Positions 26,698-38,619 of a DNA stretch of 64,000 nt are shown here, one piece after another; the stretch's first letter is position 1, and each line of letters starts with the position of its first letter. The notes under the pieces are model-generated. The model was not told where the DNA came from. It saw only the letters and a list, made by a program, of their open reading frames with translations, and searched no databases. The DNA comes from Octopus sinensis (lineage: Eukaryota). The DNA lies in NCBI RefSeq assembly GCF_006345805.1, contig NC_042997.1:992001-1056000 (forward strand), read 5' to 3'. The position numbers and the translations under genes are program-made.

Positions 26698-27022
26698 TAA
26701 TTCGAGACAAAACCACTATTTTGCAAAACAAACAAGGAAACAATTGTTTATAGGGTTTATTTTAGATTATATATTGATTATATATAGATTATATATAGAT
26801 TAAATATAGGTTATATATATTTATATTTTTCATTGATAATCTTATTATTTTAAACTTATATTTTAATATATTGATATTTTAGATCGAAAATCCGCCTGAC
26901 GAATGTCATTGAAGACATGAAACCATTGTAGTGGGGGTTTATTTCTTTATATTAAATATTTTTATGTATTGATTAAGTCTTTCCTTGTTTGTTTTGCAAA
27001 ATAGTGGTTTTGTCTCGAATTA
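26698..27022. repeat. Perfect 43-bp inverted repeat enclosing a hammerhead-bearing segment (Penelope pLTR-like)
   Basis: 26698-26740 is the exact reverse complement of 26980-27022. Confidence 0.9.
26891..26940 (+). ncRNA. Minimal type I hammerhead ribozyme
   Basis: TCCGC-CTGACGA-ATGTC attgaa GACAT-GAAA-C catt GTA-GTGGG. Complete core, perfect 5-bp stem II, 5-bp stem I with two G-U pairs, predicted cut after A26930. Confidence 0.8.
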
Positions 27023-27119
27023 TATTATATAATATTTTACTATAAAATTGGATTTAATCCTAAATCTGATTTTTCCCTGTAAATTTGGATTTATTCCCTA
27101 ATATTTATTATTATTATTA

Positions 27120-27125
27120 TTATAT

Positions 27126-27201
<76 letters not shown>

Positions 27202-27209
27202 TATATATA

Positions 27210-27240
<31 letters not shown>
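27120..27240. repeat. (TA)n microsatellite
   Basis: Directly visible. Confidence 0.95.
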
Positions 27241-27243
<3 letters not shown>

Positions 27244-27459
27244 AAAATGCTAGTTCTAAATCTCTCTAAGAGATCAACACAGTAGTTGTACTGACAAGTA
27301 ATATTCGTAACCACTTTAATATGGCTGTCTTTTCGACCGGACTCTAATGCGATTTTTTAACCCCAAAAGGACATCTCCTCTAGTTGGTTAACGATGCACA
27401 GTTGCATCCGATGCAATTGCGAGCAGGGGAGCGGACCCCTACCATCTCCTAGCGACGGG

Positions 27460-27515
27460 ACCAGTAGACCAGTCCTGGTTTCGGGTTGTGTCTGCCACTC
27501 CTCAGAAATAGTGTA
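27460..27515 (-). ncRNA. Hammerhead-like motif, probably decayed
   Basis: Minus strand CTGAGGA-gtggcagacacaaccc-GAAA-CCAG ga CTG GTC. Core and stem III are good; stems I and II pair poorly. Confidence 0.4.
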
Positions 27516-27639
27516 GTATATCAATATACAGTAACGCAACAGGGAATGGAGAGTTGTTATATATGTGCGACACAATGAGATTAAGAAACATTTAGCCTCT
27601 CACATCTATTCCTTCACAAATAGATGTAGATCTAGTTCC

Positions 27640-27730
27640 ACTGGTCGGAGTAAATTTACTTGGGAGCTAAAACATAATAATATGCAGTATGATTTAAAAT
27701 GGGAAATACTAAACCCCAAATAGATATGAG
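27640..27730 (+). mobile_element. Penelope-like GIY-YIG micro-fragment
   Basis: KFTWELKHNNMQYDLKWEILNPK resembles YIWELK..N..Y.LKWEI. Confidence 0.45.
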
Positions 27731-28023
27731 TAATTGTCCTTAATGCCTATGTGTATGTTATATGGATTTATGGTCTCCATTCTCTATTTCTTTTTAATAT
27801 TAAATAACGTAATTATTTACCTTTAATAAGTTCTCAATTCATATTATTAATTTCTCAGATATATGTTCGTATTTCCACATATGTTATGTAACTCTTTGGT
27901 GTTAACCTAGTTTTAACCTGGTTAAATACCTTATTTTCTATCTCTTATCCTAATCTCTATTGATAATAATATTTTATTCCACAAGATTTCTCCTTACTTT
28001 CGTACATTATATTATATTTATGT

Positions 28024-28058
<35 letters not shown>

Positions 28059-28244
28059 TATATAATATGTGTGTGGTGTGTGTGTGTGTATGTGTGTGTG
28101 TGTGCACGTGTGTGTGTGTGTGTATGTATTGATATTTCTGATGTATAATTAAGCTTATTTCTCCATTTATATACCTACACACACATATATACATATATAT
28201 GTATATGTATATATATACATACATATATATATATATATATATAT

Positions 28245-28940
28245 CACGCCAACCCAGGAAAAATAGACGAAGACACATTAGCTGGTACAACCCCCCCTTC
28301 AACCGTGAGGTCGCTACACCTGTAGCTAAGATCTTTTTCACTCTCCTACAGAAACACTTCCCCACCCAACATAAGTACTACACTATCCTAAATAAGAACA
28401 CTATTAGACTCTCCTACTCTACTACACGCCCAATCTAGCCAGGAACCTAGCCAACAACAATGTGGAAAAACTTAACATATCTACTTTCTCCGGGGCCCAT
28501 CAACGTCCGATAGCAGTTGCAACTGCCATGATAAAACCACCTGCCCCCTCAACAACAACTGCCTACAGAGGGACCTAGTATATAAATGCGAGGTAAGATC
28601 AGGCCTTGACGATAAAAGTAAATCCTACATTGGAATGACGTCAAACAGCTTAAGACCCGCTGTACGCACATACACACTCGTTCCGGCGACAGGATAAATC
28701 CAACAAACTACCCTCCTCGCCGCCCACATCTGGTACCTTAAAAGGAACTCTATCCCCTTCAAGACCAAGTGGAAACTACTACAGAAGGCGCGCTCGTACA
28801 CAGGAGGACATACCTGCTGTGACCTATGCATATCAGAGAGCCTAGAGATCTTGTTCGCCAAAGGCCCTCTCCTTAACAAATTTTCAGAACACTCCCCAAA
28901 TTGCATGCATAAGAAGTATGCGAACTATAAGAACTATAGA
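28245..28940 (+). mobile_element. Penelope-like element, GIY-YIG endonuclease region
   Basis: RRRHISWYNPPFN...KHFP...LNKNTIRLSYS, CNCHDKTTCPLNNNCL..LVYKCEV, SYIGMT, HIWYLK...KWKLL..A.SY...CDLCISE...LLNK. Confidence 0.92.
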
Positions 28941-29039
28941 CCTACCCGGCAACCTGATTGATGACAACCCCCCCCCCTACAACCCCCCCAACCCCACTGT
29001 TCCCCTAGCACCCCCGATTACCTTTTCTCCTAAGACCTT

Positions 29040-29941
29040 TCACATATTGTATGTGCACGCTTGTTATTGTGTATCGTATGTATGTATATATGTATAGAAA
29101 TGCATGGGTACAGTAGGAATATACGCATGTATTATGTGTGTGTGTGTGTATGTATGCATGTAAAAAAAAATATATATGTATATATGTTTGCATATATGAA
29201 TATATATATATATATATATATGTATGTGCTTGTATGTGTGTGTGTGTGTGTATATATGTATATGTGTTTGTATGTATATGTGTATATACGTGTAAATGTA
29301 TGTGTTTTTGTATGTGTATGTATGTATAAAATATTATATAATTAGGGCTTAGTAAAATAAAATAAATTACTTTGCCACATACTAAACTTTCTAGAAATAG
29401 CAGCCAATAAAGGTTTTTAGCCTCTTCCACTACTTAGAGAATTTTTTTCCCTCTAACATTGTTTACTCAAAATAATAATGGTCCCTTTACATACTGAATT
29501 CTTGGTGAATTTGATTAATAACTAATTAACTTCACCCTCCCTTGTTGATATATATATATATGTATATGTGTACATGTATGTATATATATGTGTGTGTGTG
29601 TATGTGTGTATGTATGTATTTGTACATGTGTGTGTGTATATGTATGTGCGCGCGTGTGTGTGTATGTATGTGTATGTATATTTGTATATGTATGTGCATG
29701 TGTATGTATGTGTGTATATATATGTATATGTGTATATATATATGTATATATATATATATGTATATATATGTGTATGTATATGTATGTATATATGTGTGTG
29801 TATATGTGTATTATGTATGTATTTATATAGATATGTAATTTATATATATATATATGTATGTATATGCATCTGTCTGTGTGTGTGTATGTGTATATATGTG
29901 TATCATTATTGCGTATGTATACATGTATATGTGTATATGTA

Positions 29942-29978
<37 letters not shown>

Positions 29979-29993
29979 GTATATATGTGGGGG

Positions 29994-30036
<43 letters not shown>

Positions 30037-30051
30037 ATATATATGTATGTG

Positions 30052-30090
<39 letters not shown>

Positions 30091-30196
30091 GTATGTATAT
30101 GTGTATGTGTGTGTACATGTATATATATGTGTGTGTGTATATATATATATGTTTATATGTGAGTATGTAGAGATATAAGTATATGCATGTGTATAC

Positions 30197-30245
<49 letters not shown>

Positions 30246-30457
30246 GGTATGTGTATCCGTGTATATATGTATGTGTGTGTGTATGTATATGTATGTATGT
30301 GTGTATATATGTATGTGTATATGTGTATATATGTGTATATATATATATATATATGTATGTATGTGTATGTGTATGTGTGTGTAGGTGTGCATGTATGTGT
30401 ATGTGTATATGTGTATATATATGTTTTGTGTATATATGTATAATATATATATGTGTA

Positions 30458-30500
<43 letters not shown>

Positions 30501-31302
30501 GAGTGCGCGTGTGTGTATGTATGCATATATGTATGTATGCATGTATATGTGTATTTATATGGTGTGTAAGTGTGTGCATATATGTATATGTAAGTATGTG
30601 CGCGTGTATGAGTATGTATGTATGCTTGCACACGTGTATATATATGTGTGTGTGTATATATATGGATGCGCGTGCGTGCGTGCACGTGTATGGGTACGCA
30701 TGTGTATATGTGTATGTGCGTGTATGTGTATGTATGCATATATGTATGTATGCATGTATATGTGTATGTATATATGTGTGTAAGTGTGTGCATATATGTA
30801 TAGGTAAGTATGTGTGCGTGTATGAGTATGTATGTATGCTTGCACACGTGTATATATGTGTGTGTGTGTATATATATGGATGCATGTGCGTGTGTGCACG
30901 TGTATGGGTACGCATGTATATGTGTATGTGCGTGTATGCGTATACGTGTATGTATGTATGTGTGGGCGTATATTTGTATATGTATGTGTGTGAGTGTGTA
31001 TATTATATATATATATAATATATAATATATATATATATAATAATATATATATATATATAGATGGGGGTGTATGTATGCGTATAAATGCATGTAAGTATGG
31101 ATGTATGGATGTATGTATGTATGTTTACGTATGTATGTGTTTGTGTGTATATGTATGTAGGTGTGTGTATGTATGTGTGTATATATGTATATATATATAT
31201 GTGTGTATATATGTTTGTGTATGTATATATATGTGTATGTATGTGTGTGTATATATCTGTGTGTGTGTGTATGTATGTATATATATATTATATATATATT
31301 AT

Positions 31303-31339
<37 letters not shown>

Positions 31340-31419
31340 TGTGTGTGTATATGTATATATATAGGGGTATGTATCTGTATGTAGGTATATATATGTGTGT
31401 GTGTGTGTGTATGTGTATA

Positions 31420-31451
<32 letters not shown>

Positions 31452-31490
31452 GTATATGTATATTTATTGGTGTATATATATAGACTAGCC
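29040..31490. repeat. Very long compound (TA/TG/TATG) low-complexity array with a 214-bp higher-order duplication
   Basis: Directly visible; gtaagtgtgtgcatatatg recurs at 30566 and 30780. Confidence 0.95.
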
Positions 31491-31804
31491 TCCTAAAGTG
31501 TAGACATGAATCTGTAGGTACGAGTACGTATGTGTATATACGTGAACGTATGTAGATGTTTGTATGTATGAATATAACGCGTGCGTACGTGTATGTGTAT
31601 GATGTACGAATGGGTGTATGTACGTGCTAATGAGTGTGCGTGCGGGAACGAGTACTTGCCTTCTAGTAGACAGACAATTGGACATGCTGCCATCGCCAGG
31701 ATCCTTAGCCCTAGCGATCAAAGATAACAAAAGTAAAAATGAAGATATAAAATAAAATTAGGGAATGGGCCTGTATTTGATTGTGTATATATATATATAT
31801 ATAT

Positions 31805-31842
<38 letters not shown>

Positions 31843-31934
31843 TTATGTATGTGTGTATGTTGGAGTATTATAGGCACACATGTGTACGTATGTGTGTGTG
31901 TATGTATATGTGTTTATGTAAGTATGTGCACACA

Positions 31935-32060
31935 TTTTATTTTTTATTTTTTTATTTTATTTTTTTTTTTATTTTTATTTTTTTTATTTTTTATTTTTTA
32001 TTTTTTATTTTTTATTTTTTATTTTTTATTTTTATTTTTTTATTTTTATTTTTTTATTTA
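31935..32060. repeat. (TTTTTA)n-like T-rich array
   Basis: Directly visible. Confidence 0.9.
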
Positions 32061-32309
32061 TCTATTCTTTCATCTAACTTACCACTGACTCCTTGACCAC
32101 TCCCCCAAGTATGATATTTTGCGCTATGCCTACCCCCAAAAAAGTCCCCCACCACCACTCCTTTAAACCTGCCTAAATGTATAAATGCTAATACAATTCT
32201 TGTTAAATAGCTTCCTGAAGATTTCTCTTGAATGAAACAGTACTAGTCCTGTAGAAGCTCCTTCTATATAATAAATTATATATATATATATATATTATAT
32301 ATATATATA

Positions 32310-32802
32310 CGTATTTTATTTCTGTTGTATAATTAGGCTTATTTCTGCACTAGTCTTATTATTTCGTATTATTAGTACTAAATTAGTCTTCTTCTTTCAT
32401 AATATTTAGTACTAAAATGTGTCAAGTTAATAGCTTATTGAGCTGATTCCTAAATCGCTGCTTAAATACATAGATAAATCATCGTTACCTCTGATGGTAT
32501 TTTAAGATATGCCCGTTTACATTTGTTCCGGCTTAGCTGTCTTATATAAATGTGTGTGTGTACATAAATATAAATGACGTATTTTATTTTCGCTGTTTAA
32601 TATAGCTTATTTCTCCACTAGTCTTAGTATTTGGCATTATTAATACTGCAATTAGTCATATTATTTCATATTATTTAGTACTAAAATGTACCACGTTAAT
32701 AGCACATTGACCAGATTCATGATTCCCTGCTTAAATACATAAGTAAATTCTCATTACCACTAATTGTATTTTAAAATTTATTCCGGCTGAGCTGCCTTTA
32801 TA
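32310..32802. repeat. Diverged tandem duplication, 268-bp period
   Basis: cgtattttattt...cactagtctta...tttagtactaaaatgt...ctgcttaaatacata...ttccggct.agctg occurs at 32310 and 32578. Confidence 0.85.
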
Positions 32803-33680
32803 TATATTTTTCACTACATCCCTGCTATGCATGAAGGCATTTTACGTAATTCCTTGTGATTTATTTAAATTTGTATTATTTCAATTAATTTATTTATATA
32901 TAATTATTTTCTCTTTTATTAATATTATCTAACCCCCTTAAGCATGCTTCATAACATATTTACTTCTGGTTTATTTAACAGAATGCGGTATATCAGAAAT
33001 TATAAATCTTTTTAATTCTTTCCTATCTAAAAGTTTATTATTAATGTATTATGCCTTAAAGGCTTGAAATAAATTTTCTTAAGGGATGAACGGATGTAGT
33101 TTTGTCTTTCCATATTATTCTGGATTTGCTATTTATTCATTTATTTAATTAAGCTTTAGTGCATTATAATTATAAACATAACCAATTAGTTATTATTATT
33201 GTTATATTTAGAAATTATTTATCCCTTTCTGATAACTTCGGTTCAGACATATTTTTCCACTGTTTGCTTCTACTTGAATTCAACTTTATAACTTCAAGTT
33301 TCTGTATTGCAGCTTTATAGATAAGTATGATGTTATATGACATTACTATATATTTATACATACATGAGTGTTTCTCTTCTTTTTTCGTTTCTCTTTTTCT
33401 CCTCAATATATTTTAATTTTATATTAATCTCTTCTTTTCATTTTTTAAGATACAAATATACACTACCTGTTCCCCCTAAGTTGGATTGTGGAATTATTAT
33501 TAGAATATATTTATAAATGCATGTTTTTTCTGCTTCCATTTTTTCCTAATATTTTTCTCTTCAATGCCCTATGATATTATATTAATCTATTCTCTTTCTT
33601 TAAGGCATATAATATATACTACCTTCTCACCTGTTAGACTGAGTCCTTCTGTAACCGGAACTTTTTGTATGTATGCTGTG

Positions 33681-33967
33681 TAGGGTCATTCCATAAATAC
33701 AGCGGATTTTTCAATTGCATGTACTAAAAGTCAGAGGGGCACGGGATCAAATTGCTATAAATGCAAGTAGTGGTTTTACCTTGTCCTTAATCATGTTGCA
33801 GGGTTTAAAGAGTGTAGTTCTATTTTAACAGTTATCTCTTCAAAGCTATAATAGAAGTGGCAAGGGAGCAAACTCGGCATTTTTTGCTTTATCCGTTTAA
33901 TAAAGTGACCAACGCTAGATAAATAAAAGAAGTATGATAAAGCAGCATTATTTATGGGATGACCCAA
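33681..33967 (+). mobile_element. Miniature mariner (MITE-like) with TIRs
   Basis: tagggtcattccataaata ... tatttatgggatgacccaa|TA. The interior resembles the 5' region of the mariner at 36405-36750. Confidence 0.75.
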
Positions 33968-33969
33968 TA

Positions 33970-34530
33970 CAATACAATACACATGGATGATCTGCAGAGC
34001 TCGACGAGGACGTCTTGCAAACACTTGTTGAAGAAAATCCCATCATAACTGGATTTGGTCATTAAACCATTCATCGACAACTACGTGCTCTCGGAATGGT
34101 CAGCAAATTGAGTCAATGGGTTCTTCACAGACTTTCTGTGTCTAAACGCGCGCATAGAGTGAATGTGCGCTGTTCTTTGCTGTCACGTCTCACGAATGAA
34201 GGCTTTTTGAACCGAATAGTGACTGGGGACGAGAAATGGTTTCTCTATAATTATATCAAGCGCCGAAGACAGTTTGGTAGGGAAAGGAGAAACACCGGTA
34301 CCCTAGGCTAAGAAGGCGCTACACACTACGTAAGATGTTGTGTGTTTGCTGGGATTTGAAAGGCTTAGACCACATTGGACCTTGAAACCTAAACCACATG
34401 ATAACAAAGGAGATCTACTGCAAGGAGCTTGAGTGGCTTAAGTCAGCGATAGAAGTAAAAAACGACCATATTTGGTTTCAAGACTAAAGGGGTTCTTCTA
34501 TCAGGATAATGCTCAGCCACATAGAGAGGG
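33970..34530 (+). mobile_element. Mariner transposase remnant
   Basis: ELDEDVLQTLVEENP, SQWVLHRL (WVPHEL motif), NRIVTGDEKWFLY, QDNAQPH. Confidence 0.85.
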
Positions 34531-35756
34531 TGTTCTAGCAGCCCAGGCTATCATACCACATTGAAATCTAATACGAAGTAGTGTAATGCAGTGTTCCCTT
34601 CCTCTGTAATTGAGAAGATGCAATCGATGAAACAATTTTGCGAGGATTATATAAACTGTAAAATGTTAGGATATATGAGAGGTGAATATGATGTTTCACC
34701 CACTTCATATCCGTAAGATTACGGCTGTTTCGCAGCCTTCATCATATAATAATAATAAGTTCAGTGTATAATAAATCATTTTACACATCTGTATAGTATT
34801 TGACATGTCTGTCACCGATCCTACTATACAATATTACATTTATAAATCAATTACGATGTAGGACGCTAGCTCTTCAAATCGCTAAAACAACCAAGGTTAC
34901 ATCAACACTTCAAGTCCTTGTATATATCTTCTTTTATAAAACTTCTTTTATATATACAATATATGTATTATGGATGTAAAATATTTGATATAGTTAGATT
35001 GAGATCCTCATTAAAGCATCAATAGATATGTTTTGTATCTTATTATTTAAGATGCCGGGAGTTAACCATCCTTAATGTAAATAAGAAATGGGAAAATAAT
35101 AGGAGATAAGTCACGTAATTAGATTAAATATAAAAATATTTTAAGTGCGCTTAAATTACATAAAAAAATAATATATAATATACATGTATTCAGTAAGGTA
35201 CAAACAGTTGGATGTATAAAGATTAAAGCAAGAGATTGTTTTGAATAATAGTTATTTTCAAATAACGTTAACAGTTCAAAAGACCTCCAAATGCATTCTG
35301 ACTTTTAAAAAATGAAACTGTATTAAAAACAACACATCAGCCAAGAGGCAGATATGTATAAACATTAACATATGAATTAGAAAATAGAAAAACAAAATGC
35401 CCACAACTACGCTCACGAGCTGTATATTCATACTCTCGTCATATGTACAACTGAAGATGCTATGTAATTACTGAATCACTCATATATACTCACACACACC
35501 TGCACATTTTATATTTTCATGAATATATATATATATATATAATATACAAAAAGGGTGAAATATAGTTAAGTTAATAAAATTATTAAATTTCACCTAGTAG
35601 TTTTATCGGTATGGAAAAGACCATATTTGGTAAGGATTATATTAATTATAATAAAGGGTTAATTGCAACAAGTTGCTCAAAACCACATACCGAAAATATT
35701 AGAAATGGCAGCCAAATAGGTCACCATTTCTCCTACTAGTAAAACGGTCTCCACAA

Positions 35757-35986
35757 ACAAACATAATTTGCAACCTGTATATGGTAAAAAAGAAAGAAAA
35801 TAACGAAATCCCAGCATATTTAGATTAATTATAGACGAAATCTAGATTTATAGGAAATATTATATTGACAAGGAAATGAACTTCTGGTTCTTATCTAGAA
35901 ACGATTTCGTCTATAATTAATCCAAATAGGCTGGGATTTCGTTATTTTCTTTCTCTTTACCATATACGGGTTGTAAATTCTGTTTG

Positions 35987-35987
<1 letters not shown>
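35757..35987. repeat. Inverted repeat, ~85-bp arms and ~60-bp spacer
   Basis: 35757-35842 vs reverse complement of 35903-35987, about six mismatches by eye. Confidence 0.9.
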
Positions 35988-36020
<33 letters not shown>

Positions 36021-36117
36021 AGAGAGAGAGAGAGAGAGAGATCTACATACATACATACATACATACATACATACATACATACATACATACGGACAGACAG
36101 ACAGACACACACACACA

Positions 36118-36166
<49 letters not shown>

Positions 36167-36170
36167 AATG
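35988..36170. repeat. (TA)(GA)(CATA)(CA) compound microsatellite
   Basis: Directly visible. Confidence 0.95.
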
Positions 36171-36235
36171 GATGAATGAATTATCCTTTGTTTACCGTTA
36201 ACTTGGAAATTTAAATAAACAGTTACCAGGGTAGC

Positions 36236-36320
36236 AAAATTCCTGATGAGAAGATTGCATTTTACACCGTTTATTCCTTTGGAATAAAACCAATGTTGTC
36301 TTCGAAACATATGTCGAAAG
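36236..36320 (+). ncRNA. Type I hammerhead ribozyme with long stem II and palindromic stem III
   Basis: TTC-CTGATGA(36243-49)-GAAGA...TCTTC-GAAA-CATATG-TC-GAA. Canonical core, GUC triplet (cut after C36315), palindrome ACATATGT, and a branched-looking stem II extension containing tttattcc ttt ggaataaa. Confidence 0.85.
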
Positions 36321-36352
36321 TAAAAGAATTTTAATAACATCTTCGTTCAACT

Positions 36353-36404
<52 letters not shown>

Positions 36405-36750
36405 TTATCAATGGCATGGACTAAAAGTCGGGGTGATAGCATGAACTACCTGTATCAATTTGCTATAAAAGCAGGCAGTAATTTTACCTTATCCTTATTA
36501 TTAGTGCAACGTTTGAAGAGTGCAGTTCGATTTTAACAGTTATTTCTTCAAATATATAATGAAAGTGACAAAGGGACATATTTGGCATATTTTGCTTTAT
36601 TAGTTCAATAAAGGCAACAACGCAACGGAAAGTGCGAGGAATATTAATGCAGTATTTGGAGATCGGACAATAAGAGTAAGCCAGTGTCAACGGTGGTTCC
36701 AGAAATTCCGAGCCAGAAACTACAACCTCGTTCAGGAAGATGTACGAGAA
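36405..36750 (+). mobile_element. Mariner 5' fragment
   Basis: MKVTKGHIWHILLY*FNKGNNATESARNINAVFGDRTIRVSQCQRWFQKFR (mariner HTH N-terminus). Confidence 0.85.
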
Positions 36751-37374
36751 GGTCCTGCAAACTCTTGTGTAACAAAAATCCCATTGTTATTGAGTGTGTG
36801 TATATTAGTGAGCATGTATATTAATAGAAGTATGCACGTACAACTATGTGTGTGTGGTTGTGTGTCTTTTTATATTTTTTAGTATGTAAATGTTTATACA
36901 TATCTACTAGTTAAGTGTGTTGATTTCAATAGTTTTTTTTAAAATCACAATGTATTTGGAGGTCTTTGGACCTTTTAGCGTTATTTGAAAATAATTATGT
37001 GTAACGATTTAGTTTTCATCGGTCTTCGGTCTCGTACGTTATGTTGACAAGTCAAAATAATGACGAAATATCGATGTCCATCCCTCCTGAATGTGACCTA
37101 GAGCGATCTATCTCACTTGTCTATGACCTTCATGCGTTTTAACACCAGACGAATTGATGAGAATATATCCTCTTGCGTCTATGAGCACAACCTTCCTACG
37201 AACTAGCAAAATGCATGTCTAGTGCCTTTGTGTTCGATAGTGCTTATATCCCTCTAATTCATATTTGAATATGTATATACATATATATATAACTTTGAAA
37301 ACTTTGATAGGTTTCGGCGAGTATAGGCTCAGACCACCTCTAATTTAATAGTACCACGTGCTAAAATATTTTTG

Positions 37375-37760
37375 TCATATATGGGGTACCATGGCCCACT
37401 CTAGCAAGGAGTTAATATTGTTGGAGACATATCCGTGTGCAGGAGGCTGGCCCGGGTTTTTCTTTGAAGAACTTTGTCCAGAGCACCTTTGAATTTTATG
37501 GGATCTATTTCTATTTTGACATATTTTGGTATGATATTAAAGTTGGATCGGTTGAGGTAAAGTAGTCGTGTAATAATATTGTTATGTGTCCTCAGTACGA
37601 TTTTTGTAGTGAACGGATAGTACGGTGGATTTTAAAAGTTGATGCCAACATCATTTGTGCAATATTAATGGAATATTTTCTACATCACACATATGATATA
37701 GCACTCGCAGCGGCGTTGGAGAGAGAGAGCTTGATTTTTTTTTTGGCGACCCCAATAATC
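37375..37760 (-). mobile_element. CR1-clade LINE 3' end
   Basis: Minus strand FNIIPKYVKIEIDPIKFKGALDKVL...HGYVSNNINSLLEW, matching CR1/L2-type C-termini (FN.LP..I...D...FK..LD.FL...NSLL.W). Confidence 0.6.
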
Positions 37761-38619
37761 AATGCCTGACATGCCGTCTATCTCTCTTGTTATTGACCTC
37801 TTGAGTGCTTCTACTTACATAATGAGTTGCTTCGTGAAGAGAGACTACAGTGGGCGACAGTATTCAAGGCGGAGGTGGGCAAACGTAGAGTAGAGAAGGA
37901 TGACAGTGTGGGTATCTCTAGACTGGAAAGTTCTCAGAATTCAGGAACACATCTTGAACACACTTACAGACTACTTTAACGTACCTGTGTGCGTAACTGT
38001 GTATACATCTGCATAGATGTATTTAAATACACACGTCAGTACTTCACACAAACTAGCACTCGTAAATATACAAATACACAGGCACATTCATACATCCACA
38101 CACACATAAAAATACCTTTATAAACATCCTCCTATGCAAAGGGAGGTATAAATATACTCATATGTACTTAGTCCGAGGCATTTATACATATATCCACCTG
38201 CACTAACAGATTTTTTTCCACACAAGAAAACCGAACTATTAATAATACATGTGCACTTACAGACATACGTGCTCACTCTGATATCTGTTTCTAGATATTC
38301 TATATTTACAAAATATAAAGGAATTAAAATTTACTAATAAAAGATGAGAGAAAAATATTTAACCACAGCGAAACATGGAGAGAGCATGTGGTTCTAGGAT
38401 GATCGAAAGTTGTTTGTTTGGTAAAACGATGTAAGTAGTAAGATTGAGAATAACTCTTTCAAAGTTATATGATTTTAATATCTTGGAAAATGAAAGGAAA
38501 TACTGGATAATTTTGAAACGTGTTTAAAAATTGCAAAATAATATACATTTAACTATTCCCATCTACTTATACGCATGCATACCTAAATGCACATTTAGGT
38601 ACATTTTTACATATTCCAA

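Noticed and set aside
29515-31090. 466-aa and 394-aa His/Thr/Tyr/Ile-rich ORFs
   Set aside because: Translations of TA/TG/CA microsatellite, which lacks stop codons in these frames; no complexity or domain.
37798-37975. 57-codon open frame in a GC-richer patch
   Set aside because: No start or splice support and no motif recognised.
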